From: Chiloscyllium plagiosum
Lineage: Eukaryota
Assembly: GCF_004010195.1 (NCBI RefSeq)
Contig: NC_057745.1
Location: 11,976,679-12,040,678 of the forward strand
Direction: 5' to 3'
Length of the DNA stretch: 64,000 nt
Made by a program: the position numbers and the translations under genes. Shown here one piece after another: positions 26,149 to 38,880 of the stretch (position 1 is the first letter of the stretch; each line of letters starts with the position of its first letter). The notes below the pieces were generated by a model that had not been told where the DNA came from, did not search any database, and worked only from the letters and a program-made list of their open reading frames with translations.

Positions 26149-26762
26149 CCTCTACCATATCATTTTATACAAAGCCTGCAATAGGCAGCTTTTTAACCTA
26201 TTGAGTAGAATTTAGAGCCTTTAGCCAAGGCAGGTTTAATCCAATGGAAGAATTGGAGCTCAAGGCCCTGCCTCCTTCTCACCTCTGTCTCAATACAGTC
26301 TAAGGCCAGAGAGGACCAGCCTCCAGTCCCAGGAGGAGACAGAGAGCGCACCACAAGTGGAGCCCAAAGAATAAACTCTGTCAAGTTACTGGCAGTCTTC
26401 TATGGGGTCCCTCATTCAAAGGGACTCCCGTGTGTCTCCTTGATGAACCTGGCATTGGGAAGGGGGTGAGGAGGGTGGTAGGTGGGCAGCTAAAATCCAT
26501 TCTCTACCTGATATTGTTCACCTATGACTCTCAGCGAACCTGGGTATCAGGTGGATGTAATACCAGCAGCTGTCACTGCTCCACCACCTCAAGATCGCCA
26601 ATGTGAAATTCAGCCTTCTGCAGATAGGGGGCGATGCCAAGTACAGTGCAAACTAAGTAACCCACCCATTTGTTGAGATGCACCAAAGTTCTGATCGTCC
26701 TTCATCCTCAATAAAATGCATCAACTTAGGAACAGTTCTTTATAAAAGCAAAGAAAACTTAC

Positions 26763-26913
26763 AAAATTGACGCAACTGTTCACATTTAGCTCCAGGACTA
26801 GCAGTAATCGTGATCACTGGGCACCTGTTACCCCCTAATGTAGAACATAACGTCTGATGCCGGAAGTAAACCTGATCAGGATTCAGTGACTCCTCGAGGA
26901 GGTGCAGGTGAGT
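26763..26913 (-). CDS. AGBL1: AGBL1/CCP4 internal coding exon C (151 bp)
   Basis: ttcag|ACT CAC...TTT T|gtaagt; THLHLLEESLNPDQVYFRHQTLCSTLGGNRCPVITITASPGAKCEQLRQF. 'LM|THL..LE' and 'TLGGN.CP' resemble CCP4 more than CCP1 (as recalled: MHLQKLE, TLSGNSCP). Confidence 0.93.
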
Positions 26914-27409
26914 CTGAAACATGGATAGAGAAGAAATATTGAGATTAATGTATTGCATTAGACCTTCTTGTTCAATTGTATTTTTTAATACTCCAGATTC
27001 CAATCATTCTTCAACTAAGTGAAACTGCTGCAGGAAGAGTTTGCACCAAAGACCATTGAGAAAGTGATCTCCTTGTGATTGTGAATGATGCGATTGTCTT
27101 TGGCTTATTATTGAGGAACAAATATTATTCACAACTCCTCCTGCTCATAACATGTCCCAAGCTGCAAGTTGAAAATTCCTCACGTAATGGTGATCATGTG
27201 AGATATGATCCGATGGTGATTTGTTGACTTAGTCTCACAAAAGACCATTTGAGGATGTGCAGCAGGGAAACTGATGGCTGACAAACTCAACCCAACTCAA
27301 AAATGGTGGACAAAGGAAAGAAGTTATCATGGGCCAGAAGAACTGTTGTAGCTGAATGAAGATTGTCAGCAGACTTGCCTGTGTTGTGCCTCTAGATTAA
27401 ACCAAGGCC

Positions 27410-27670
27410 CGATTTGTATGCTTAAAAATCCTGCAACGTTATTCAGAAAAGAGTAGAAGCATCCTCCCAGTGTCTCTGGCCCTAATTTATACCCCAACCA
27501 ACACCAAAATAACAGATCATTTATTTTTTTTCCTGCTGTAGGATCTTGACATGTACAAATTGGTTTCCATGTTTCTATGACAGTGATTACGCTTCAATAG
27601 TAGTTAATTGACTGTGAAGTACGATGAGACATTGTGAGGGCATGAAGGTTGCTATCTAAATGCAAACTAC
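27410..27670 (+). mobile_element. DeuSINE-like (SacSINE1/AmnSINE1-related) 3' part
   Basis: aaccaacacc..aacagatcat...ggatcttg..caaattgg...acagtgattacgcttcaa...gctatctaaatgcaa. Confidence 0.65.
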
Positions 27671-28596
27671 TTTGTCAGTTAAATTGAACTAGGTGACCTT
27701 CTGGGGTGGGATTGGTGCAATGAGGTCTGTGAACTGTGTTAACATTGATCTCTCTATTGCCCCAGTGCTCGGTGTGTCTAAATTCGTGCCTTATTTTTGG
27801 TTAGAGATCAAATGATAATGTGGTGCAAATTCATTTTATAACCACTCCTAAAATTATTTAGATAGAAATAAAAAAACCAACTTCAATATCCTGACTACAT
27901 TAGCAATGCATAGTATAAGTGATTCAGAATAATTTGTCTCCATGAAGTGGAACGATCTGAAATGTCCTTTTATTCTTATAAATTTTTTATTGAGAAACAA
28001 ACTCAGCATTAGATTTCATTTCGATATAATTTTACGTGAAGAAAGAAATCCAATTTTGTTTTGCAGTGAAATCTAATTTAAAGTACACCTGTAACAAATT
28101 CTTTTGTAAAAATAAAGGCTGCTCTCACATCGTTCTGACTCACATTTGCAAATGATTAAAATTATTTCCAGTCACTCAGGGCTCGATGTACTTATGAGAT
28201 AAATGATGGAATCTGATTTTCAGAGGGTATCATTTAAAATCTTCGAGCTAAAACCATATTGCAGCAGAGTCAAGAGAGAGGTTGGACCTTCCTGAAGAGT
28301 CTGCTCATCATCCTTAATTGGATGGCAAGCCTGCCCTCTGGCAATTAATTGGCCAATTCAGAGAAAATTGCAAGAGACTGACTGTTTAGCACACAGTGCA
28401 GATCTTCGATTGTTATTTCAAATCAATTTCAATGTCCTGAAGCCCACATGCAAAAGTAAAACCTGTCTGTGGTGTTTTATAATAACCTGTGACTGATTTC
28501 ATTATTGGACTGTCTTGGCTGGTCATGTTACATATGGGACAGACTGTTCTGTAGATGTGGTCACTATGGTACTTTGCAGTACTTTTTCATACATAC

Positions 28597-28741
28597 CATT
28601 AGTGTTGAGTAGGTGTATGGGTAGTGATATGCCAGGTAGCAGACATCCTTCGAGTGTAGGAAAGTGATGGTGAATGTCAAGGTATAGTATGATGTTTCCT
28701 TCTGCCCTCTTGTAGCTGCATTATATCTGCAATAATGGTTT
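28597..28741 (-). CDS. AGBL1: AGBL1/CCP4 internal coding exon B (145 bp)
   Basis: ctcag|A AAC CAT...CTA ATG|gtatgt; translates [48 protein letters not shown] with the CCP-family YYTLTF and AYHYPYTY motifs. Confidence 0.93.
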
Positions 28742-28858
28742 CTGAGGAAACAGAATAATATTCAGCTGTTACCTGTACATGAAATCCACTGTGTCCTAGT
28801 TTGCCAAATGTGCTGTAGTTCAATCCCTGTCAATCTGGTAGATCACATTTCACAAGAA

Positions 28859-29559
28859 GAGTTGAAAACATGGTACTGTAAAAGCACAGCAAGTTAGGCA
28901 GCATCTGAGGAGTTGGAGAATTGACATTTCAGGCATAAGTCCTTCATCAGGAATGTGTGTGAGGTGGGGGTGAGGGTGGGGGTGAGAGGTGTGGCGAGGG
29001 GAGATGAGGAAATTGGTGAAGTCGATGTTGATGCTGTGTGTTTGGAGGAAGGTGAGGCATTCGTCCTCCAGGCATCGATTGGCTTGAATTTGGTGGTGGA
29101 GGCAGCCCAGGACTTGCATGTCCTTGGCTGAGTGGGAGGGGAGTTGAAGTGAAGTGGTCAGCCACAGGATATTGGGGTTGTTTGGTGAGTGTGTCTCAGA
29201 GACGTTCCCTGAAACGTTTCCATAAGTCGGTGGCCTGTCTTCCTAGTGCAGAGGAGACCACCTCGTGAGCAACAGACACAGTAGATGAGGTGTTTGAATG
29301 TGCAGGAAAATATCTTTCGGATGTGGAAAGATTCTTTGGGGCCTTGGATGGAGGGGCCTTGGGGGTGGGGTGTAAGCGCAGGTTTTACATCTTTTGCAGC
29401 AGCAAGGGAAGGTGCTGGGAGTGAAGGGTGGGTTGATGAGGGGTTGGCGTGGACCTAACAAGGGAGTTGCAGAGGGAATGGTCTCTGCGGAATGCTGATT
29501 GGGGTGGGGAGGGAAATATATCTCTGGTGGTGGGGTCTGATTTTAGGTGACAGAAATGC
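28859..29559 (-). mobile_element. Penelope-like element 3' part (GIY-YIG remnant)
   Basis: 'STFPCCCKRCKTCAY' remnant; hammerhead motif 28922-28951; TSD catttca(c/g)aagaa; paralogous to 25153-26148. Confidence 0.82.
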
Positions 29560-30959
29560 CATTTCAGAAGAAAAGCCTTATATACAAATGTGTACTACCT
29601 GCATGCAGAATGCACAAGTCTGTATATTTTGAAAGATGTATATTACACATTTCACACCTCTGTGGATTTTGCATCTAATTATAAAATACAGATAGGAACA
29701 GTGCCTGTATGTGGAATACGCAGAAATGTTATCACAACATGATGTTGTGAAATTGAATTTACTCCATTTAGTAATAGGCTGGTCTCAGAAATGAAATGAC
29801 CAGAAAAGCCATCATAGAAATCTAACCAGTTCACTAAAATATTCCACGTTAAAAGATTTGGCCTGCAACAGACAAATATCGTGTGGTTGATTCTTTATGG
29901 TCTGATCAAGTAACCTAGCAAACCATTGAGTTATACAAAGGATCACCAACAAGGCAGCAGCACATGCACCTCCTACTCGAGGCATTGATTCCTCCAAGAA
30001 CACATTGAAGGAGAACTCACTTCACAAATGAATGCAAGTATCATTAGTACATTCTGAACGGTAATGATGTTACACAGAACTCTGCATCACACATGAGTAT
30101 TTCACAAGTATCTACATTGCATTTGCATGCACACATGTGCTTAGCACCTGAGCAAAATTCAAATGCTGCCTCTTACGCACATTTTGTTTGAGCAAACATT
30201 CATTTTGCATTCTAAAATGTTAGAGATTAAAATTGTTTAAAATGCATTTCTAATTTTAAAATATAACAAAAATTGCAAAGGCAATTATGAAGAGATTAAA
30301 TTCTGACAAATAAAGTGACAGTGAAGACCGTTTCAGGTTCTACATTTTGAGAAATCATCACATTGTGATTATATGTGATCCAAGGATATCAGATACTGAC
30401 AACTGTTGATGTGCTCAGAATATTAGCTTAAACCCTTCGGAGAGGAATGAATATTCCTCCACTTCCATAGCAAGCAACAATGTGAAAAATAATTAAATAT
30501 TCAGTTCTCTTACAGAGGTATTAAACCAGAACATCATGACACCATGCGTTTAAAATGCTTTCATTAAATGTTAAGAATATTTCATATCTAATGGACTTCT
30601 GCAGGAGACACAATAGATCAAGATAATTTAGAACAATGCCATATGTTTAAAAGTTATGAATCTAGTTAAAATGAAAGAAATGTTACTACTTAAACTCAAA
30701 TCCCTCCCAAATCCCAAATCACAGAATATCTGGGATTATTTCACAGAGACAGAGATGGCAAAATATAAACTCAGCATTTCCCTCACTCACACAGGAAGTC
30801 ATTTTCTGGCCATTTGTGGCTCTTGCATATTTTTTACATTTCAGGTTAGAGATGATATTCTCCAAGATTAGTAGATGGATACATAATGTGTACAGTTGAC
30901 AACACTAGTTATTTAACAGTGGCATTAACCAATCCAAATAAACAGGTCAGTATCACCAT

Positions 30960-31620
30960 TACAGAATCACAGAATAGTCAGAGACTGTAGGAGGCTATTT
31001 GACCCATCTTGTCTATGCTGGTCTGCTGAAGGAGTACTTCACTGGTTGGTCCTCCACTGTCTTTGTTCGTAAAGCTGATCATTCCTTTACAGATACTGAT
31101 CCAATTGTTCTTTGAAGACCTCAATTAACCCTGCCTCCAACAAACTCCCAGACAGTGGATTTTGATCCCAACCTCTCGCCACATGAAAGAAACTTTTCCT
31201 CTTGTTGTAATTACTTCATTTGTCGATTACTTCAAGTCTGTGTCTACTTCTTCTTTCCCCAGTACTCATTCAGCAGACCAGCATAGACATGATGGGTCAA
31301 ATAGCCTCCTACAGTTTTTGATTGTTTACTTTGTCCATGCCCCTCATAATTTTGAAATACCTTAATAGATCTCCTCTCAACTTTCTCTTCTCAAGGAAAA
31401 CAGTTCCAATGACTTCAGTCTATCTATATAATTGAAGTCCCTTATTCTTAAAGGCATTATCATACTATCTCTAAAGCTTTCACATCCTTCCTGAAATGTG
31501 CAGACCAGACAGCAAAGAAAACCTTCAGTCCAGGTCAAGCCAGTGTTCTCTATAAATTTAATATCTATTCTTTACTTAGAATCTCTAAGACCCTATCAAT
31601 AAACTCTAGGTTCTAAAAAC
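30960..31620 (-). mobile_element. Old CR1 3' fragment
   Basis: acagaatcacagaat tail, ctcctctcaactttctcttctcaagg motif. Confidence 0.6.
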
Positions 31621-31674
31621 AGGATGTTCACATTAAGTATTTGTCCACTTATATTGACAACTTACAACTATGAT

Positions 31675-31945
31675 TTGTTTATTTGTGCATGGGATGTGAG
31701 TGTCACTGACTAGATCAGCATCCACTACCCATCTCTAATTACTGAAGGCAGGGAAGAATCTGTACATTACTGTGGGTCTGGAGACAGATGTAGACCAAAC
31801 CAGGTACGTATGGCATATTTTCTTCTCCTAAGGACATCAGTCACCCAGTCGTAGGTGTGTTTTCATGATGATTGACAGTATTGTCAGAACATTACCTTTG
31901 TTTCCAGATTTTAATTGAATTCAAATTTCACCACCTGCCATGGGA
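31675..31945 (-). mobile_element. SINE with L2-like tail (reverse orientation)
   Basis: catgggatgtgagtgtcactg...ttgaattcaaatttcaccacctgcc, complement of the 7483 family. Confidence 0.7.
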
Positions 31946-32848
31946 ACTCATGTCCCCATAACAAGTTGGTCAACAACTTTGATTACAACCAGTTGAGGCT
32001 AGAAATAATGCTATTTTTTTCACTGTGCAGTTTCTTTTTATCCCTCTCAAAGGGACAAACAATGGCTGGTCATCCAAACTTACAAAGTGGTAATGCTGTA
32101 GCCATATTGAAAGTTAAGTGTACAACGCATGGCAATTTTACTACAAATGACCAGTGTGTGGGAAACATCCGGCATTGGGCTATTAGCACCACTTTGTATT
32201 TCCAGTGTTGGTTGAACACATTTCCACCCATTCAGTTTTTTGGGGTGGCATGAACAAATTAAATTCACGCTGCATATTTCAAATTGTACACAGGCAGAGC
32301 CATCCTCCACTAGAAATAACACTCCAAATATATTCTGTTACAGCCCAAAGGCTTAATTTGATGCATGTCAAATATTCTCCGTAAGCTGAAAAAAATGAGT
32401 TTTCACTACCTACCAATGGATGAAGACATAATTTACAGTCACCTGAAGAAATTCTCAAACACTCTGGTATGAGACAATTTATGCAGCAAACACTGCACTG
32501 TGTTATATCAACAATCTCACTGAATGGGAAAATTGGAAATGGAAGCAACTAAATGTTTCTGTCAAGGAAATAGTTTCTCTATTGCTATTAACATTAGCCA
32601 CACAACCGCGCACTGGAATCTGATAACCAAAAGGGCCATAAGAGAAAAAAAAAGACCCGATTACTGAATGTTCCAGAAACTGTTACATTTACAGGGAAGA
32701 CAGCAGGCAAAACACAGAAATCTCAACTCTATAAAAGAAATGAGATTGAAATCTGAAAGAGAAAATCAAACAGTGGAAACAGTTCCTTTCATAAACCCCT
32801 TTGCTTCAAGAACCAAATGCAATAAGGAAAGTGTCCACTTGTTCTGCA

Positions 32849-33079
32849 AAACTAAAATAGAAACAGGAAATGCTGGAGAAACTCAGCAGGTGGGGCAATA
32901 TCTGTGGAGAGAGAAATAGAGTTAACATTTTGAGTCTGGTATTGTTTTCTCCAGAGATTATACCAGACTTAAAACATTAACTCTGTTTCTCTCTCTCCAG
33001 ATGCTACCAGATCTGGTGTTTCTCCAGAATTTTCTGTTTTTATTTCAGATCTCTAGCATCAGCAGTATGTTGTTTTTAT
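32849..33079. mobile_element. PLE-derived fold-back element
   Basis: Inverted arms around gagttaacattttgagtctggta / taccagacttaaaacattaactc; TSD ttgtt(c)(t/c)gca. Confidence 0.75.
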
Positions 33080-33469
33080 TTGTTCCGCATACTTACTTGA
33101 TATTGATATGAATCTCATTACAACCTTAAATAGTACTTGTAAAACAACTGGTAGCAAAAATCTGTACGTACAGTATTCACAATACTATTGTGGTTCAGTT
33201 CATGAGTGGAAGAGGAGGATGTTCTCAGCCCTTGTCCCAGTGGAACACCGAGAGCTGGATATATTCTTGATGGAGGTGGGAATTGGGAACTTTTGTAATG
33301 TTACATCCTGCCTCTGCTCTGACAATATCAGCAAGTGAAAATTTCATCTCCTCAAGGGTGGGATACCCTGGCATTATGCCTGCTGTTGGAGCTGTGTGTC
33401 CAGTGCTGAGGCAGACCGCAAAAATCATGCCTTTATGATTAGATTCCCTACAGCGTAGAAATAGTATGT

Positions 33470-33665
33470 ATGGAGTGAGGTGCCAGAGGTGGAGCCTGGT
33501 ACAAACACAACATTTAAAAAGTATCTGGATGGGGATACGAATAGGAATGGTTTAGAGGGATATGGGCCAAGTGCTGTCTAATGGGGCCAAATTAGGATAT
33601 CTGGTCAGCATGGACGAGTTGGACCAAAGGGTCTGTTTCCATGTTGTACATCTCTATGACTCTAT
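33470..33665 (+). mobile_element. CR1 3' end
   Basis: Tail gggtctgtttccatgttgtacatctctatgactcta. Confidence 0.8.
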
Positions 33666-36395
33666 ATCAGGCAAATTCTTCAGACCAACATAAAGCCGCC
33701 TTCACTCTCACCCACTTAACCAAACTATCCCTTTCAGCCCATTCACCTCTTAGCTTCCCTTCTCCCCTCACGCTCTTAACCCCATTATCCAATATTCATT
33801 CGATACACAGAACTCGCAGCCCTTAGAATAGGAATTGAAAGTCTTTTAAAAATCCCATGAAGCTGCAAAATACACAAGTATCTCTTGAATGTTGCTGCTG
33901 CTACTTATAGCTATCCTTGCCAGCTACAGGCATGATGTGGCATGCTTGTCTTTCTCGTGTAATCCTCAGACAGCCATTGTAATTCAAACAAAACCATTCA
34001 GCAATAGTTATCATCTAACTATCTAGGTGAGCCCCTCCTTCCACGTTCTGTGTCTTATGGATGTCATGGCACACCTTTGGTGCAGGTCCAAGACCCTACA
34101 TTCTGTACATTAGCATTTTAATAAATATCTTAATATCCACATTCTAATTTCTTACACACTTGAGTAGGCATTTCAAAAAGCAATTGTCGTCTTTCGAAGT
34201 GTCATAAATCTCGCAGATTTCACATAGCCAAACAGGTGGCTGAGCTGTTCAATAAGGTATGAGTAAAAACCATGGAGAGAATAGAATAATTAGCCATTGC
34301 ATTCTCACTGAATTCAATCAAACTGAAGTTTAAAGAATCAAAAAGAAACAAGTGGGTCAAGATGCAGCTTAGTTAAGAGGCAGATGAAAATCAAAGCACG
34401 ACAGGAAGGGCTGGGAAATATATTCAGAAGAGTGGACCAGATATTAGAGCCAGTGTAAGTAATAATGGCAAAAAAAATCAAAGCTTCAAACACTTTATCT
34501 GAATGCAGACAGCATTTGTAACAAGATAGATGCATTGATGGAACAAATAGAAATCAAATGACTTGATAGCTATTACAGGGACATGGCTGAGGAATGGTAA
34601 TTCAATATTCAAGAGTACTTGATATTCTGGATAAATAAACAATGAGGAAAGGAAGGTGAAGCACTTTGTTAATAAAATAATAATATGTGGCATGATGAGT
34701 AGTGAAACAGATGCCATAGTTCGTGATATGGAATTCATTTGGATCGAAATAAGGAATCGCAAAGGAAAGAAGGTATTGGTGAGAGTCATCTATCGACCCC
34801 TGAGGAGTCACCTCTCTGTAAGACAAAGTATAAATCGGGAAATAATGGAGGCATGTAAGGAGGGCACTATAACTATCATGAGCAATTTTAATCTGCATAT
34901 TAATTGAACACTTCAGATGGGTAAGGGCAACATGGAAGACAAATTTCTAGAGTGCATCAGGGATTGTTTCTTAGAGCAAAAATTGTTGCTTAATCTACTT
35001 GGGAACAGGCTATTTTATATCGAGTAATAAGTCATGAGCTAAGATTAATAAGAGACCTCCCAGTTAAAAGGAACCTCTAGTGATCACAACATGGAAGAAT
35101 TTCAAATTTAGTTCATCTTGAATAACGGCAATTACAGAGGTACGAAGAAAACGCCAAAAGCAAGGTTTGGAAAACAGACAAACGGGAAAGCAGTGACAGA
35201 CATTTTAGTAGATATTCATAACACTCAGCAAAAACTTATTTGAGCAAAAAGAAGGACTCAGTGGGAAGGGTGAACCACACATGGTTAACAAAGGGGTTCA
35301 AACAGAGAAACCAACTAAAACTAAGGCCTTCAAAGTCACAAAAACTAGTGGTAGACCAGAGGATTAGGAAATTTTTAAGCATTAGCAACTAAAAAGCTAA
35401 TAAAGAAGAATATTGATTATGAAACTAAAATGGCAAGCAACACAAAAACAAACAGCTTCTACAGCTGTATGAGAATGAAGGGAGTAGTTGAGTAAGTATA
35501 GGACCTTTGGAGGATGCACCAGGGGAGTTGATAACATGGAACAGGGAAATGGCAGGTAAGTTAAATGAATATTTTGTATTGGTCTTCATAGTGGTGGACA
35601 TTATAAAAATCTCAAATATAATAAATAAGCAAGGTACTGATTGGAAAAAAGGATCTTGCAACAGTCTCTATCACAAGGGATAAAGTATTCACCAAATTAC
35701 TGGGACTAAAGGTAAAGAGGTCTCCAGGACCCGATGGCCTGCATCCATAATTTTGAAAAGTGACAGCACAGATCGTAAAGGCTTGGGTCAAAATATTCCA
35801 AAATTCACTGGATTCCAGGAAGGTTCCTGTGATTGAAAAACTGCAAATGTGATCCTCATTTTGGGAGGGAGGTAGAAAGCAGGAAGCTCTAAGCCAGTGA
35901 GTCTAACATCTGTCATTGGGCAAATGCCAGAATTAGCAGGATATTCAGGAAAGCTTTGTGGAATCAGAGTAAGCACGGCTTTGTAAAAGGGAAATAATGC
36001 ATGACAAATTTGATAGAATATTTTGAGGATATAACAAGCAAAGTTGATGTAGAAGAATCAGTGGCTGTAGTGCATGTGGATTTCCAGATGGCATTCAATA
36101 AGATGCCATGTAAAAGATTCTTGCACAACGTAGGAACTCATGGTATTGGGAATAATGCATTAGCATGGTCTGAGAATCAGTTCACACAGAGTCTTTAATG
36201 GATCTTTTTATGTCGCAATGTTGTAATTAGCAGATGGCCACAAGGATCAGTCCTAAATTCACAATCATTTACAATCTACGTTAAGGACTTAGAGGAGGGA
36301 GCAAAGTGTAAAACATGCAAGTTTGCAGGCAATACAAAAATAGATGGATGAGCTTATTGTAATGAGGACAGAAGGAATCTGCAAGATGTATAGAT

Positions 36396-36725
36396 CATAG
36401 AATCCCTACAGTGCAGATAAGAGCAATCGCCCCATGGAGTCTGCACAGACCCTTTGAAAAGCATCCCACTTATACCCACCTCCTCACCCTATTCCCATAA
36501 CCTTGCATTTATCATGGCTAATTCACTTAGCCTGCACATCTCTGGACACTGAAGAGCAATTTAGCATGGCCATTCCACCTAACCCGCACATCTTTGGACT
36601 GTGGGAGCAAACCGGAGCACCCGACAGAAACCAACACAGACATGAGATGAACATGCAAACTCCACGTAGAATCAAACTTGGGTTCCTGGCACTGTCAGGC
36701 AGCAGTGCTAACCACTGAGCCACCA
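36396..36725 (-). mobile_element. HE1-type SINE nested in CR1
   Basis: Reverse complement of HE1 head and central domain. Confidence 0.85.
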
Positions 36726-37302
36726 GATCACTCCTGTGGTTGAGTGAGTGGGAAAAGTTTGGCAGATGTTGAATGGAAGAAAGTATGAGATCATGCCCTT
36801 TGGTAAGGCAGACTAGTACCTAAATAGAAGGAGACTCCTAAAAAGTACAGCACAGTGATCTAGCTGTTTTTGTGCATGAAACACAAAAAGTTGGTTTGCA
36901 AGTACAGCAAGTAATTAAGAGGCAAATGGAATTTTGGCCTTTATTTCTTGGGAGTTAGAGTTGAAAAATGATATCATTTATAACAAATGTACAGGGTGTT
37001 GGTGAGACTGCACCGAGAGTAATGTGTATAGTTTTAAGCAAGAATGTACTGGCATTGATGGCTTTTCAAAAGCAATTCACTAGGCTGAATCCTGGCATCA
37101 AAGATGGTTAAACAGGTTAGGCCTTTATTCACTAGAGATTAGAAGAATAAGGGGTGATCTCATGGGGCTTGACAGAATAGATATTGAGAAGATGTTTCCA
37201 CTAGTGGGGCAATCTTGAATTAGGGGATAAAGTTACAGAATAACGGGATGCTCATTTAAAACAGAGTTGTGAAGGAATTCCTTCTCTCAGAGGACAGTGA
37301 AT

Positions 37303-37504
37303 TAGTGAGTTTTGAAAAGGTTTGTAGCTCAGTTGAGGTTCTGGATGGAGGTTTGCTCGCTGAGCTGGAAGGTTCATTTTCAGACGTTTCGTCACCATAC
37401 TAGGTAACACCTTCAGTCCGGAGGCTCACTGAAGATATTACCCAGTATGGTGACAAAACGTCTGAAAATGAACCTTCCAGCTCAGCGAGCAAACCTACAT
37501 CCAG
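37303..37504. mobile_element. PLE-derived fold-back element with CUGAAGA-type hammerhead arms
   Basis: Arms 37341-37417 and 37428-37504; TSD-like aggacagtgaat / agggtagtgaat inside host CR1. Confidence 0.8.
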
Positions 37505-38366
37505 GGTAGTGAATATCTGAACTTCTCTATCCCAGAGAGTTGTGAACATTTAGATGAGTGAAAGTATTTAGAGAATTCGATTTGTTAAATATCAGGAAGT
37601 TGAGGGCTATGCTGAGTTGGCTCAAAGTGGAAATAAGACCTGGGGCAGATCAGCCGAATCTTGTTAAATTATGAAGCAAGACTGAGGGACTGAATGGCCT
37701 ACTCCTGCTCCTATTTATTATTTCAATGTTGTATAATTCAGAACAGCACATGACCTCGTGGAGCAACTATTCCAATGCATCTAAACACTTTCTTTTTTGT
37801 GATGCTGCTTTCCCATTTGACAGTTTTCCAAGAAGTAACATCTCAGCAAGTACACTATTTAATGGTCACTTTCCTTTTCCAATCCGAGCACTGACATCAC
37901 TCTCCTTACTAAACACAGATATAACTCAGACTATATCATTTCATTCTGAACAATAAAGGAGGCAATGCTATTTGTAATTACCTTTTAAACTCTTCCTGCC
38001 TCACATCCAGGGTTCATGCCTTCACTCACCAGATGTGATTCAGGAGAGTATCCTGAAAATCGCAGCTGTTCTGAAATGTCCACTTCCAGATTTAGAGCAA
38101 TAACTTCGAGACATTGTGTTTGAGGTTCCCCACCTGCATCCCTCTCTACTGAAAAATAGCAAGACCTGGAACTGGAGGCAAGGCATCTGCCATCACTGCA
38201 CAATGGCCATTTCTTTCCAATTCTCACTCAATGCGGTCGGGAAAAAGAACTGCAAAATACACAACCTGCCTCCCACATGCAGAAGTCAAAAGAAAATATA
38301 TACAGACTCGGAGGACAAGGTCCTCACCCTATTAGCATTGTGCCAGGATCCTAATTGCTTTCCTGA

Positions 38367-38880
38367 GATAGAGTTATGGAGTCATAGAGATGTACAGCAC
38401 GGAAACAGACCCTTTGGTCTAACTTGTCCATGCCGACCAGATATCCTAACCTAATTTAGTCCCATTTGCCAGCACTTGGCCCATATCCCTCTAAATCCTT
38501 CCTATTTATATAGCTATCCAGATGCCTTTTAGATGTTGTAATTGTACCAGCCTCCACCACTTCCTCTGACAGCTCATTCCAAACATGCACCACCCACTGT
38601 GTGAAAACGTTGGCCCATAGGTCCCTTTAAATCTTTCCCCTCTCACCTTAAACCTATGTCCTCTAGTTTTGGACACCTCTACCCTGTGGAAAAGAACTTG
38701 GCTATCCACTCTATCCATGCGTCTCCAAAAGGTTACCCCTCAACCTTCAAAGCTCCAGGGAAAATAGCCCAGCCTATTCAGCCTCTCCCTTATACTTAAA
38801 CCCTCTAACCTTGGCAACATCCTTGTAAATCTTCTCTGTATCCTTCCAAGTTTCATAACATCTTTCCTATAGTAGGGAGA
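38367..38880 (-). mobile_element. CR1 3' fragment
   Basis: 'MDRVDSQ.LF.RVE.SKTRGHRFKVRGERFK'; gagtcatagagatgtacagc tail. Confidence 0.88.

Larger units (their letters stand above)
34300..37725 (+). mobile_element. Old, long CR1 LINE (endonuclease + RT remnants) with nested inserts
   Basis: 'IWIEIRNRKGKK..V.VIYRP', 'TNLIEYFEDITS.VD....V..DFQ.AF.K.P', CR1 tail at about 37690-37720; many stops and frameshifts. Confidence 0.88.
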
